A DNA stretch of 63,998 nucleotides, the filler included, from Asterionella formosa (Eukaryota), in assembly GCA_002256025.1 (NCBI GenBank). It is 7 parts of 7 records of this genome, joined end to end, with 100 filler letters (N's around TTAATTAATTAA, not from the genome) between each part and the next. Parts side by side here need not be neighbours in the genome. Positions count along the whole stretch, not along the records: positions 45,914 to 54,982 come from NKIB01011202.1; positions 55,083 to 63,998 come from NKIB01011455.1; 5 more parts are not named here. One strand, written 5' to 3'. The notes beneath the pieces were generated by a model. That model ran no database searches, was not told where the DNA came from, and saw nothing but the letters and a program-made list of their open reading frames with translations. Each line of letters starts with the position of its first letter. The stretch's first letter is position 1. The translations under genes were made by a program, and so were the position numbers. Below, piece by piece: positions 48,465-63,156 of this stretch.

Positions 48465-51326
48465 GGTCGGAATGTATTGCACGGTAATCGAACTACCGGT
48501 GCCGGTACCGGTGGTGATTGCCACTTTCTCAGATGTGATTCAAGGGAGTACGATGCAGGGACCGAACCAATGTGAGTTAGACTGTCGATATACCGGTAAG
48601 CATTGTATGCTCGCTATACTTTCATTCCCAAATACCGGGTATAACAGTACCCGGGATGTACATTAGACATTCTACCTGGTTCCAGTAAGTGGGATACCAA
48701 TGCACAGGTAGATACTGTACCTGGTACCTGGCATTCCCTGTGCGTAAGTATTGCTACCGGCAGCTACCGGGATGATCATCACATTAGGCTGGCTGGCTAG
48801 CTAGCTAACTACCGGTAGAGGCAGAATTGATCGGGGGCTTGCTCCTGTTGCACGACCAACGAGGTGCGCCATACGTAAGTAGTCGCCAGCAGTGCTTCGT
48901 GCAGGTCCTTTCCATGCTTTCATGCACCCATATTGCTCATATAACGGTCTATGATAGGTCTATTGTAGGTACTAGTACCTGGTACCAGCCATACCAGGTA
49001 GGGTAGGGTGATGTGACTACGGGTACTCCGTACATGAAGTATTTTTATACTCGGAGGAGCATGCAGTACACCAGTGAGGAGTACAACAAAAATACTTATG
49101 AAAAGTAGAGGGATCGCGAAGCAACCCAGTTTGTCTCCTCGTCATGACACCAAGAATCAGCAATTCCCACTCCAGCTATTGTCTTGCCCTTCGGGTACAC
49201 TATGTAAGTGTGTCCATGTGACCACGTGACAGCAAATTGGAAAGTCACCTTCAGACATAATCTCGACTCTCCAGCAGGTCCTCCATCAATTGTTCTTCCT
49301 CAGAACCTTCGACAACATATAGCAACATTTCCACTTCATGTCCGATGGTTGATGTACTCCTAGAAATGCACTCTGGCATGTTGAAATTGTGTCCCAAAGC
49401 CCTATATTGCTTTCTTGTATCCTGTAAGGACACGTCAGGGACCAAATAGGCTGTAGATATGAACAACAATGTTGCAGTAATCGATTGGAATCATTCCTAA
49501 GAGTTTTAGTAGAATCATGGGTTTTATTGGAAATGTAGATTGTTTTCGAATTCTGGTTTTTCTCTGGTACCATATTCTTTCTTGATTCATTTGATTCAAT
49601 ATGTAGCAGGTAATTTATACCGGGATTTTTCTATCCTAAAATAATTTCTCCAACGCGGCAGGCAGTAAAAATTGGAATAATCCTCACAATGAGGGAATAT
49701 TTGACAAAGACAGCATGGTTCAAAGATATCTTTTCTGATCCCGACCAGGATATTTTTTGTTCCAGGCGCAAATGTGGATGAAGGTGGCAATCACTCAACT
49801 TTGGTCACTGGCCTCCAGAGTGTGGGATGAGCAAAATGAAGTAGTCCATCAAAGAGCCAACGCACATATAGCTAGCTCTATCTGTATTTGATGTCAAGAT
49901 CACAGATTATTATCTCAAACAGCAGACCATAAGTACTCTTGATTCCCACTTGTTTAGTCAACCTCTTCAGGACATGCTTCCAGCATGAATAGGCACCAAA
50001 CGCAGATTTCTGGAAAAAGCAGAGTTTCTATTTGTAGAATCCACTTGCGTGGCGAAAAGTGGCCAAAGGTATATAAATTGGTTCTATCCCAGCCACTATT
50101 CCCAGAGATTCGAGAGATCATCGCCCACAACACTCCATGTGGCCATCCACAACCAACATCCCAAACACAGCCCACATCTTTCATTACAGGTTGAAAAACC
50201 AGGATACAGACTGGAACATAAGATTCAAGCACAGCATAAACTACTAGCTAACCCTTATTCTCATTTGAGAGAGGGCATCCACCCCTTCTCCCCGCATGCC
50301 ACCAGCACCACCAAGTGTCACCACATCTGTTGGGTTGATCCATCCATGGCAGGTTGGTTTTTTCTTCACGAAAACCCAGGCTGAGTATGCCAGGAAGCGC
50401 TACTACAGCTATCCCACCCATCATAGAATAGTAATACTAAGGCGCTTAACAAATGATATTATTAATTTGTACCAGTGGGAGTAGATCACACTCCTCATGG
50501 AGTGATATAGACAGCTACTGGTATGTACATATAAATTGAGGAATTTGTTTGTTGTGTTTAAGCAAAATATTGCTTGAAAGTAGAGCCCATTTGCTCAAAC
50601 TTAATTAGTCCTCAGTACTTTGACTTGAAATGATACGTCTTCAACATCTATTTTTTCCGAAATATCTGAATATATCGAATTTTGTCCTCTAATGATTATT
50701 TCGGCTAGTAAGTGCCCAACATTAGAAGTTTTGAACTATGATTTCTCAATGGATGCTAAGCTGGGAATTATTTGCCAGTTCTGGGAATGAATAACACAAA
50801 GAAGCAATACTACTGCAACTTGCAGCATTAGAAACTCTGCCTCAAAAGGCGAATGGTGCCTTGTGCTTTGTCCTCAATTACAAGTCTAAAGCTCAGAAGA
50901 GTAGTTGGATACATTTTGATGAATGTAAATCGATGAATGTCTTCTACTTTAGAATCAATAAATGCCATGTCAATAGTCTGCTTTTCTTTTGTATAGAGGA
51001 TCAATAGCAGGCCTGTACTACTTTTAAGTGAGTACTTTGCACTTTCCACCAAATATTTGATTTCCTGACCAAACAACTAACGTTACCCTGTACATAACAG
51101 TCCCACTTTCCAACAGAGCTACAATTCCCTTTAAACTTGCAAGTTGAAAAATTCTATTTTTTTTCAGAAATCATCCAATTTAAACGAGATTCAATATGCT
51201 GGGAGTTCAGCTCAGTGCTGCATTGATCACGAGGCCCGGGCTTTGACATTGCCAGGTATAGCAAAATGAAGTGACTTGTAAGTCTAGTCCGGGGACAACA
51301 GTCATGATGGCGCTGGTACATCTGCC

Positions 51327-53969
51327 TTACGCTGGGGACACTTCTGCTGATTGAGCATCATCGTCAACATTTATGGTATACACATCCTCTTCACCCTGTT
51401 GGTCTGCAGCCGATGGATCCATAGTTCTCTCAAAATCCACGAGACGCAGCGTCAGCTTCGGGCCATACATGCAATGTCGGTCGACCCACAATTTAACATT
51501 GCGCAAAAGGGAGGGGAGGGGCATGAGAAGAACATTCTGCTTCTGAAAAGATGTATTCTTTGTATCTGTTCGCATCTCCAGATAGTCCCAGATAGAATGG
51601 GTTCTCTGCCGAATTCCAGCGACAAGCTCGCGCTCACGTTCTGTATCACAAAGAAGGGTCCCGAAACGGCAAGAATACACATTTTCGCTCAAGACAAGCA
51701 AGTACTTGGTATTAAATTCAAAGGCTTCAGGGTATTGATTGACAATTTGATATACAGCATCTAAGAATTGAATGAAAATAGGAGAGATTTGGCCGTCATC
51801 GTTGGAAGGGTTCTCTCCACGCCCTTCTCCATGTGAACATCTGGTATGGAAAGGATGACCAAAGGACATAAAGTCCTTTTCAATAAGAGTACTAAATCCT
51901 TCTCGAGTTCGATAATATGGGTCCAGGAACAACTGGGCCAGCGCTACAACCTGCGATGTTCGATCCCATCCATGCGAGCAATGGACGAAAACGGGGACTC
52001 GGTAAACATGAATCCAGAAAGCAGCTTCCCAAGACGCCGACAAGATCAATCGCAAATGAGAAAGCCACTTGGTATCCTCAACGAGAGACATCCATTGCAC
52101 ATCATTGGTTGTGGGTGACATGCATACGTTTGAAAGTTTCTGATAAGAGTCACGAACCGCATGAATGTTCCCGATGTTGCAGAACTGAATAGTAGATCCG
52201 GGGTAATAGGTGGTGTTCTCGTACCCGTATCCACTCGTGCGATTAGCAATAGCTGACGCCCGGGGTCGTAAGTCCAAAATTTTCAGCAAGCCAATTGATC
52301 CATCCAGGGAAAAAGTTTTTGGATCCGCAGCCCCTGTCAATTGCTTCAGTACATAGGCTGAGAGGACAGGCGGCTGTTCTGACCGTAAAGCATTCGCGGA
52401 AGCCGCAGCGTCCATAATATGCTTTAGATAGAGTTCATCGTTGACATTACGATTTCCTTGTAGACCAACTTTTGGTTGACTCGCTCTCCAGAGCGACGCC
52501 CCGTCCATTCCATTGGACCAAGTCATGGAGGGAAGGCGTTGCTCGCTTCTAAATGCAGCACATTGACGGATTACGCGTGCTGAATCTGGATTTCCTTCCG
52601 GCAATGACGTGGGGCCGACCAAGATGCATGGGTAGCTCATGCATAGTTGATACTGGGCATTCAGTTGCGTGTAACAAGCCCACGGCGACGGACTCATGTT
52701 TCCAAACTGTCGGTAATACTCCGCAATGGCATCAAACCGCTTTTTTGTGGGGGGTAACATGATTTGCTTCTTTCCAGTCTGGTCGACAACTATAGATCCC
52801 ATGACTTCTCCACGTTTAGATTCAAAGGCAAATAGATACCCCAGATTACGACGCCCTGGGAATGCGTAGGTTTGGATGGACTCGTGAACTCGTAAAGTGT
52901 CTGAGTAGGAAGGTGTAGTGAAACGCAACTGGCGGCCATTGTCTTTCCTGAAGAAATAATTCAAAGGATTAAGCGCGTTGATAACGGTGCAAACTTAATT
53001 AGAAATCCGTTAAAGTAACCCAGACCAAAATCATGAAGCTTTTACTTACCCGTGAATCACAAGGCACATCAAAGTTACATTTTGTGCTGTGGTATAAACA
53101 CTCTTTTCTACTCCCGCCATGCTCCCCAATGGCATTTGCAAGAGACTTGGTGGCGTCGGGAGGGTAAACCAGGGCGGACTTTCCACAACACACGACGCTG
53201 TGCAGAAGAGTACGACTCTATAGTAAGTCATACAACAGCACCACATGCTCCCAGGTGGTGTGGGATAGTCGTATCCCGATGAGTCTGACACGTGCAAGAG
53301 ATTAGTGAGGAACATTAGGACACGTTCCCCAGGAAGGAGTTGACCAAGATGTTTATCTAGCAGACGCATTTTCTGTTCATTGTCTAGTTCAACTATTGCC
53401 CGTGGAGTCGAGAGCAGCTGTGTGGTGTAGGGAAGAGTATTAATGGAGTTTGTCTGTTGAATCGCAGCAGGTTGCACAGTTTGTGTCCCAGCGGCAGCGT
53501 TAGCCACATTGTTGGCAGTCTTCATAGCGAAAATCGCTACAGAATTGGCAAATCCAGAGGCTTTGGCCTTGACATCTGCCAAACTAGGTGCTTGGATATG
53601 AGCGCCTGACGATCCACGAACCACTTCATCTTGAAGTGGATGAATTGTTAATCGGTTTCCATTGAGGCTTTTTGTGACTGCATCTTCGTCAAGAGCCGCA
53701 GTGAGAGGATCTTTCTCTTCGCTAATCAAATCAACTTCATTCAGGGAACCTTCTGGAAGGGACGACTCTTTGTCGTCGCATTCGTCATCAGAATCAATGG
53801 CAAACCCTCCAATGACCATTGAGTCTGAATTGGACGTTGCTGGTGGTGGTAGCAGCTCCTCCTCTTCCTCGGATAGCGTGGCATTCATAAGTGCTTGAGC
53901 TTCCTCTAGGATATCATTCGAAGAGGTCTCAGCTCCAAGAGGGGCATTGTCAAGGTCGGCAGACATCAT
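51327..53969 (-). CDS. Myotubularin-family phosphoinositide phosphatase. Exons 53969-53050 and 52947-51327.
   Basis: LCMSYP, FRSEQRLP, SQPKVGL, NIHAVRDS, P-loop VHCSHGWDRT, FGHPF, SPIFIQFLD and FEFN. The phase-2 intron at 52948-53049 gives VIHGKDNGR. Confidence 0.9.
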
Positions 53970-54137
53970 GGTACTGCAAATCTCCTTACTTTAGAAAGGT
54001 AGGCTAGTGCTATTTTCTTCTTCGTTCGTTATTCGCAGCATTGAAACAGTAAAAAGCCCACTGATCAATCGACGAACTGCCGGGAGATTGATGACGGAGA
54101 ATCAATGCATGCGCTATGAAAAATATCTTGGAAAGAA

Positions 54138-54310
54138 GGGTACCTGGTACCAGGTACAAGTACCTGGTACCAGGTATCCCGGTGGTTTCCATCAGGTACC
54201 TGGTACCTGGTACAAGGTAGTCTCCATCAGGTATGTAGTAGGTACCTGTTACCAGGTACCTGGTAGTCTACTGTTACCTTACCCGGTACCAGGGTTACCA
54301 GGTACGTAGA
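54138..54310. repeat. Low-complexity palindromic (GGTACC/CCWGG) array
   Basis: Repeated GGTACCTGGTACCAGGTAC units. Confidence 0.85.
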
Positions 54311-55082
54311 TATACCGGTATTCGATGCTCACATCTGTCGTCGTAACATAGCAGGAGGTAACAGACCAGGGTAGACTACCGTACGTGGTACCAGGGACCT
54401 GGTTCTGCACATCTGTAACCGTAGACTGCGAAGGAAAATACCGTAGCTACAGCAGGTACGTACTGTAGACAAATTGGACTACCGGTATCGAAAGGTGACA
54501 GCATCAGTACCGGTATGTGTGTCACTCCTACCACAGACAGAATACAGGTAAATTACTGTTAAAGTATTACCTTTTGTATAGATCTATATCGTTAGACAAA
54601 GAAGACTATAGACAGAGACGTTCGTTTCTCTTTCCGTTTCTATATTCTTATTGTGAGTTTACTAATCTAGTTTAGGTTGTTCTGTTTGAACAAAACAAAC
54701 GAACTATTCTCCAAATGCTGTTTTGCATTTCTAGGAACATACAATCATAGATAGACCCATGTCTATCTCACACTTACTGATCATAGGTATTTAACCATGA
54801 TCATTCATTTCAAACTATCGGTCTTCCGAAATAGCTTATATTGTCCGGCTCATTGTAGTCGGAGTAGCAAAGTATAATGTGTGGTTGATGAGAGCTTGGT
54901 ACATCAAAGTGGACTCATTCGAATCGTTTGACTCGTTTGACTCCGAGTCCTAACTACGTAGATGAGCTCACTTTAACACTCTNNNNNNNNNNNNNNNNNN
55001 NNNNNNNNNNNNNNNNNNNNNNNNNNTTAATTAATTAANNNNNNNNNNNNNNNNNNNNNNNNNNNNNNNNNNNNNNNNNNNN

Positions 55083-55305
55083 CTTGTCTCAATGCTCTTG
55101 ATGCATGCCTCCTGCCTCCCTTCAATGCTTGTGAGGATGCATGCCTCCCCCGCTTCCCTTCAATGCTCTTAAGGATACATGCCTCCCGCTTCCCTTCAAT
55201 GCTCTTGAGGATGCCTGCCTCTCCCCCGCTTCCCTTCAATGCTCTTGACGATGCATTGCATCCTGCCTTCAAATCTCTTGATGCATGCCTCCCGCCTCCC
55301 TTCCA
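55083..55305 (+). repeat. ~35-38-bp minisatellite next to gap
   Basis: About six units of TTCAATGCTCTTGAGGATGCATGCCTCCCGCTTCCC. Confidence 0.85.
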
Positions 55306-56264
55306 CTCAGATTCTGAAACTCATCTGACTTCATGCTGCGAATCCCATTTCCTTTTGATCTGATTCTATTTTTTCTATCTTGATTTCCTAATCATAACAA
55401 CAATGAGAAGGAATTACTCGCTTGTTAGCCATGTTTTGTTTATTTCTCAACACTGCAGTCCCATTTTAGCTTGCTCCACTTACCAGAAATCGATAATTAA
55501 GCCCCTCAATTAGCGGGAGTCATACGAAATTATTCATATGGTACAAATCATAAAATATTTACCAGTAGATGAATCGCTCGAATCAATCTTTATGATTTAC
55601 AGATCATAGAAACGAAAGAGAAACGAATGTCTCTGTCTAACGATATAGATCTATCCAATAAAGGTGATACTTTAACAAAAGTTGCGGTCATTTTGCCGAA
55701 ACTGGAACGCGGCGCCGGAAGGCACTCAAATTCAACTCCTCCGGTAATATTACTTAGAAATTTAGAAGATTCTAACCATTTCGTGCTGGCCAATTAATGT
55801 CAAAAATATCAAAATCTAAAAATTTTGAAGAAAGATTTTCTGAAAAAAGTTTCCGAACCTTGCTCCGATTGGAGGGGGTTCGATTTGGGGTTTTTGAATT
55901 GGGGGGGGGGGTTCCTCCCCCGTCACAATTGAATGTCAAGACTCCTTATTCCAGAAATCTCCTCGTTGTTCTTCATCTACATTATTTAGTATACTACCGG
56001 TGTGTATGAATGTACAGAAGTGCAAACTACAAGCAAACCGGTATGATGTGCATCATATGGTCAATGTATCATCGTAGCTATGTTCTTTATTCAATATTAC
56101 GCATCATGCTGGTGGTGATGTATGCATCAATGTAACCCTATCGTGATATCACATTATCATCTTATCAATCAATCAATGTTGATTGGGAACTGTCTTCTGC
56201 ATCTTACTATGGAGTATGATATTATAACACGCACTTTAGTAGCTAAGTCACTGCTGTAATGTAC

Positions 56265-56790
56265 ACAAGTCGACAGTGTATGTACACACATGCTAAGCAG
56301 GTTTGAGGCATGGTTCCAACGAGCAAATGACGATATGGGTACCAATTTTTCCAGCGGCAAACCACAATGATGAAGGACATTTGTCCTTCTATTGATGAGG
56401 ATGACACGGACACCGACTTTTCCAGGAGCAAACAACAAGGAAGAGAGCCACTTGTCCCTCTATTGATGGTAACAAAGATGCGGACAAGCAAGTTCAACAG
56501 TGAATACAAGAACAACATACCAATGAAAACAAGTCGACAGTGTGTGTACGCACACACTAAGCACCTCGTTTGAGGCAACGGACAGTTCCAACAAGCAAAT
56601 GACGATACGGATATCAAATTTTTCCTGCAGCAAACTACAATGATAATGATGAAGGACATTCGTCCCTCTATTGTTGATGATACCGATACCGGGCGGGTTT
56701 TCCATGAGCAAACAACAATGAAGAGAGGCACTTGCTTTCGCTCTCTTGATGGTATCAAAGATGCGGACAAATTCAATATTTAATACAAGT
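56265..56790 (+). repeat. ~264-bp diverged tandem duplication
   Basis: ACAAGTCGACAGTGT at 56265 and 56529, with colinear downstream similarity. Confidence 0.8.
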
Positions 56791-57871
56791 GCAGCATGCA
56801 AAATGCGGAAACAAGCGATATGAAAAAGAAATTGTAATCAGAATCATTCTATAACTTTAACCATGTGGATAGCAGTCTGCTACATTTTCGTATCTCCTTC
56901 TATGCTGAATCTCAATAGTAGATGTAGTATCATGTGAGAATTGAAAATGTCAACAAGAACAAGTAGAATGTGGTTGTTTACAAGTTGATTTGCGAGATTG
57001 TCATGCTGGTGGTCAACGAAACGGATTTACTATTTGCGCTGGTGTGTGTGCGGAAACATTCCGAGTTCGAATGATTTCTTCTCTGTAAACTCTTAGTAAT
57101 TGAATGATTATGAACATAGGTTCTGCACTCATGACAATTACTCAAAGATATAATGATCACTTGACCAACAATTGAAGACTTAATCGCAAACAATCATTCC
57201 ACTTGTCATTGCTAGTATTTCCTTGTTGTTGCAAAAATCGGAGTGATGACGGATGGAAATGATGGGCCAAATTACATTACTTTAGCTAGCTGGTACATTA
57301 TCCTACCAAGAAATTCAAATACAGGAATCTAATAGAAACAATACAAATAATTAAATATACGTAGTCAAAATTTGCTTTGTTTAAAACCATGGAAACTGCT
57401 CCAGCTGTCTCACTTGCTGTTGTTGTTGTAGCGCTGTTGAACAAGAATGTATGCATTTGTTGAAATTTTATTGAAGCATGCAAACAAGTTGCATGCCTTC
57501 ACACAAGCCTGGATTGTTTTCAATTGATGCTGTTGATATATTTTATCAACTTGTCCCATTTGAACTAGTTATCTTTGCTTTTTCCAAACTTCTCACAAGT
57601 TACCATGCAACCACTATTTATTGCAAATCAGTGCATTTATGAATGCTCCATCATCGTTTTGGACTTTATAGCTAGTCCAGCATCAAGCCCTTTCCTGTGC
57701 AAGCCACTTTGAGTCATTCCAGATATGAATGCAAGACTCTGGATGCATTGATTTTGTTGGTTGCACAAACAGCTCTTGTTAATAATCAGCCTTCTTTGTG
57801 AGTGATAGTGCAATTCAGATGCAATATTCATGAGGTATGTATTACGCCAATGAGCTCAAGTATTCACTGTC

Positions 57872-58015
57872 GAGCTTGGTGCTGGGACTCATTTCTGTTG
57901 CTGGAATTTTCCATATTGGAATCAAATTGTGAGCTATGCATTGTGAGCTTGGTGCTGGGACTCATTTCTGTTGCTGGAATTTTCCATATTGGTATCAAAT
58001 TGTGAGCTATGCATT
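57872..58015 (+). repeat. 73-bp tandem duplication
   Basis: GAGCTTGGTGCTGGGACTC...GAGCTATGCATT at 57872 and 57945. Confidence 0.9.
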
Positions 58016-58597
58016 AAACAAATTGATTCTGCCTGGTAAGCAGTCAGATTGTATGGCAATCCACTAAAACGATTTTTTAGTTCAAATAAATGGAGGCATA
58101 CTATATGCATTTTTGGACACATATGCAAAAGTGTAATGGATCTAAAGAATGAGCAAGCTTGTATTATTAAATTACCGTAACAGAAATGAAGTACAGTGCT
58201 GGCTGAACAAGAAATCCAGAGTAACGGCCTAGTGGTGGTACCGTTATGTTAGCGGGATAGCATACCAGTTCAACAGCCCCAAAAATGATACATGTGCATA
58301 ATGTGTGGGGCCGGAGCAGTATTGCAACTACATGCAGATCAGGCCAATCAAATGGAGGTGTAACTTTACATCGACCAAAATTATTAATATTTATACGGAA
58401 GCAGGCCCTTACAATGAAATTTTTTGTTGGTTTGGAGATTTTAGGACTAAAAATTCTGGCACACGACTACTATTGCAATTATGACGTTTCAACTAAGTCA
58501 TTCATTCTGATTCCGATATTTTGGAGACCATAGAAAAGGCCGATTTTGTCGAATTTTGGGATGATCATAGCTCAACGTCGGCTGGGTCTGAAGGGGA

Positions 58598-58765
58598 TTT
58601 ATATATATAATATGTATAATATATATAATATTTAAAAAATATATATATTACATATATTACATATATTATATATATATATATAGGTATATATAGGTAAACT
58701 TCAAATAGCATAAATATATATATATATAATATATATAAATATATATATATATGATATATATATAT
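58598..58765. repeat. Imperfect (TA)n microsatellite
   Basis: Long TA-rich run. Confidence 0.9.
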
Positions 58766-59538
58766 CGCTGGGTAACTTTCGCGCCCTTGCCAACCCAATC
58801 CTCATAAAAGATCCTAAGTAAAATTCTCATATTTTCGGCAAGCCCCGTTCCCATTCATTCAATCGATTGAATCCCCCGAAACACTCGCTTCCTCAAAGCC
58901 GGCGAAACTCGCCATACAAATCAAAATTCCGTCTAACACCTTTCTTTGGTGCAATCAATTGATGTCACACTGGCTGGAGCTAATATAGAACGTCCTGAGG
59001 ATCCTTTGGGATTGAGTGAAGTCCGCTACATGGGCATTCTGATCAGTTCAACTTTACAAACTACTCATTAATGAACGTAGATCGTACGATAAATCAGCCA
59101 AAATGTTGGAGAATCATACGGGAATAAGCTGTATTGTATAAGACACAATAAATGGATCAAAGATCATTGCATATTCAGGTAAGTTGAGCGAACTGCCCTG
59201 AAATAATATTTAATTCATATATGTTGGAGTTTGGCTAAAGTTCAAGTGAAGCGAATAGGTTGACCTGAGATGATTTGTTACCCATGTCAGAATATTCAAG
59301 TTAGCCTATCGATGTCGACAGTTTTCCGACGATTTCATAAATATGGTCTATCTCTATTCACCTGTCAACATCAAAAGCCAAAAATTTTTTACCTGTCGTC
59401 ATCAACGGCCTAACAATCACATTCTGACAATACACAATATGTAAGAAATACGTTAGGAACTAAGTAAGATTGACATCTTGACCTGAGATAGTATTAAATC
59501 ATAAAGAGTATATAACTCTACAATTGGAGAATCTGTGC

Positions 59539-62500
59539 CTGGTGTGACAGCATTTCATTTCACTTCAAAGGAATCAACACAAAAAGACGCTTGGCCCATA
59601 TTGACCTCATCACTACTAAAGGTGGCAATAGAGGATTTGAATCAGGAAGATCTTCCATCTGAACAAGAAGCTTTTTAGCTACAAACTACTGGTATCCAGT
59701 TCGACTCAACAACAGGTAAACCGCCTGATTGGTGAAGACCGTCTAGCCTTATATGGCCTAGTCTTGGACCATTGGACGATAATAATTGCTTTTTTATATC
59801 AGCAATGAAATCATCGGCTGGCAAACACTCATGGTTATACACATACTGCAACTGGATCCGAGAAAGACAATGGTCATTGTATCCGGATATGTGGTGAGTT
59901 TCCCACTGCTGCTTGCATTTTTCTCGTGCTGCTACCACTGACTCCCATGTATGATAATTCAAGTGTTCCACTGCTGCTTGCATTTTTCTCGTGTTGCTAC
60001 CACTGGCTCCCATGTATGATAATTCAACAATCAACAACTGACCTTCAATGCAATTTTGCTGGCGTCATTCATGATATATAAATGCTGATTGTTTGACTGA
60101 ATTCATTGGTACTAGTATTATTATAATTCTTCTTCTTGCTTGCCTTGAAAGAATCAACAGAGAGCGTTACTTTTTCGCTGATGATCATTCCTGCCACAAT
60201 GCTTGGATTGCTCCATTGCATTCCAGATTGTAGTAGTTTTTGCCTCCGGTTCTTCTGACAGAACCACATGAAGACTTCGTCTTGGCTGCCTTTCTTTCTT
60301 GCTGCACAGTTTCAAATCGTGCTGCATGTATTTTTTCGCTTTGTTTTCTTTTCCGTTTGAATTGCACTTAGTATGATATATTGATACTGCATCGTTGTTC
60401 TGTCGCTTTTCCTTTTATCCAGAAGGATTCTTTCAGATGTGACAATTACCATTCCACATTGTTTGTAGACATCTTTCATGTCCATATATTGTCACTCCTT
60501 GCATTTGTGGACCAGTTTGATCCAGGTTCCATAACAAATCTTGAGTCAGAGACACGACTGCTTTGAAGGTCACTGCAAGGCTGACTGGGCCATTGGATTT
60601 TTCAGGAAAGCAGGGCGGAGAAGGATGCGGACCCAGTGCAATGGATCGGAAAGAAACCGTGGTTCTGGAACAGTTAGTGGAAGACATCCTTTGTCTGGGT
60701 TTTTCCCCACCAAACTTAATTAGTTCTAGGCCATTCAAATGCAGGTTGTAGAGTTCGTAATTCCTCATAGTGACCATTTGGAGACAGCTCAAATTGTAGA
60801 ATCATCATCACAGATGATTGTAGAGTCTAGATAACATTGTATTTCGTAATGGCATCAACCATCATTGTCACACCCGCATCTGGTTCCATTGCCTTCGAAC
60901 TTCCAGTTACGTGATCAGCTCCATAGGTTTCTTGTAAATATATATATATATGTTGCACACATTCTATAGACCTTTGATTTTACTCTATATAGTCTCTAGT
61001 ATCTTTCTCATGTAGCCCACCAATACAGAATGCAAATCCACTTACGGAGACTGCACATTTTTATTCCCACTGGATCCTTGCTGCTGCCCGCCCATATCAT
61101 GAATTAACAGTGAGTCGTGGCATATTTAGTACTGACAAGCATTAAGTACCAGATTAGAGTGTTCCACCACTTGAAATCTTGTCCTTTGTTAGCCAAATAA
61201 GCCAAAAACATGCCACCTCACTTCTAAAGGAGTTTGATTTGACATCTATGTAGGTGTATTGAAATAATAAATTCTATTTAAATGAATGAAAATAGTAAAA
61301 TAAACTAATCACTACTAGATTTGTAGCGTTTAGCACCAGGTTGGAAGCCAGTGCTTACACTTCGTTTGGGTCTTTGTTCTTCAAAAGAGATCGAATTCCC
61401 TTCAAACAACAGTCAGGAAAGTTGCATCCGAACACCTTTTCCAAATGGACCAAAGAAAACTCTGATTAAACATTGATTGTGGGCTCTTGATGATGCCATA
61501 ATGCCTTCATCCTTCATCAACCTGGTAATAATGGATCACCTTCCAAAAACTTCTCCACCAACTCTTCGACTTCATCCCATCGGCACTGACTTTCAGGTGG
61601 GCAGCAAAAATCGCAGCACTCGCAGAAGATGTGATCCTCACATCCCTCCCTCAACATCCGACTCAACAATCAACCGGTCTTGGTAGGAGCAGGTAGGACA
61701 ACTATCATGATTGTACATATGCAAATAAAAGCTATCATATTTCCATGATGCATCATAGGATTGTGATCATCTGATCATAATTTTTCGTTATATCATCTAA
61801 TAATTTTGGTAAATGCCCTTGTAATTTAAAAATTGTAACCCTTTTAGTAATCAAAGCAACACAATGCAAATGTTCATGTTGTATCAATGTGCCAACGACT
61901 CCCAAGAGCATACAGTAGTAATTCAAGGGAGGTCGAGCAGGCACTTAAAATTAATTGCATTGAAGGTCAGTTGTTGATTGTTGAATTATCATACACGGGA
62001 GCCCAGTGGTAGCAACACGAGAAAAATGCAAGCAGCAGTGGGAAATGCACCACTAGCTAAATGGAGAGCAAAGATTTAAGAAAGCAAAAGGGCAAGCAAA
62101 ACTGACTCCATGATGCCAAAAATGCCCAAACACTGAACTGCTGAAGTCGCCAAGGCTGCTTGATTAACTGTATTTCACATGTGCTCTTCTTGGACTAAGC
62201 AAGCGGAATTGGTTTGATCGCACTTGCAGCCAGACCAGATGCAATGTGAATCCTCTCAAAGCAAAAAATATGCCCCTTTTTATGTGCACTGTTGATTGAT
62301 GCGTGTTCAGCTCTGAATGGAGCCGTCTTCTTGCATTGAAAAACCGCTTGAGTGATGATGATAGAAAGAAGCATAGCTGATGACTGAAAACAGAGCGTAT
62401 ATATAATTATAATCACGTTATTGCATGCACCATATCAAAACATGATCATGCTTGTTGTTCCACATCCTTTGACTCAACTGACTCAATAATAGTCTTGTTG

Positions 62501-63156
62501 TTATGGAAATGGCAGATTCCTCAACCCATGAGGCCTCGTTTTGCAATCTCTCCATCAGAAGTACTCCACAATGAGCCCCTGCTAGCGATGGTGAGAAACG
62601 CGCCAATTGGAACTGTTCAGGACAACCAACAATTGAAATTAGCTTACAGTTCTTTGTTCAACAAGCAATTTTCCATGTTGACTTTTCTTGTTACGGAAAA
62701 TGTCGAAAAATTCCTCGATACACAGCTGTTGGGCAATCTATAGTACCTCCTGCCTTTTTAAGCACAAGCTCTAGTTGAATCAGCATGAAGTCAGATGATG
62801 ACACATATCCGGATACAATGACCATTGTCTTTCTCGGATCCAGTTGCAGTATGTGTATAACCATGAGTGTTTGCCAGCTGATAACTTCATTGCTGATATA
62901 AAAAAGCAATTATTATCGTCCAATGGTCCAAGACTAGGCCATATAAGGCTAGACGGTCTTCACCAATCAGGCGGTTTACCTGTTGTTGAGTCGAACTGGA
63001 TACCAGTAGTTTGTAGCTAAAAAGCTTCTTGTTCAGATGGAAGATCCTCCTGATTCAAATCCTCTATTGCCACCTTTAGTAGTGATGAGGTCAATATGAG
63101 CCAAGCGTCTTTATGTGTTGATTCCTTTGAAGTGAAATGAAATGCTGTGACACCAG
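59539..63156. repeat. Long inverted repeat: 59539-59893 vs 62802-63156, plus 59899-60055 vs 61953-62045
   Basis: Near-identical reverse-complement arms of ~355 bp and a second ~90-bp arm pair. Confidence 0.9.

Noticed and set aside
49200..50480. Possible decayed retroelement (VFDVKITD-like peptide)
   Set aside because: Only one weak motif is present, which is insufficient support.
55083..55305. ~36-bp repeats superficially CRISPR-like
   Set aside because: The units are contiguous with no unique spacers, there are no cas genes, and the context is eukaryotic.
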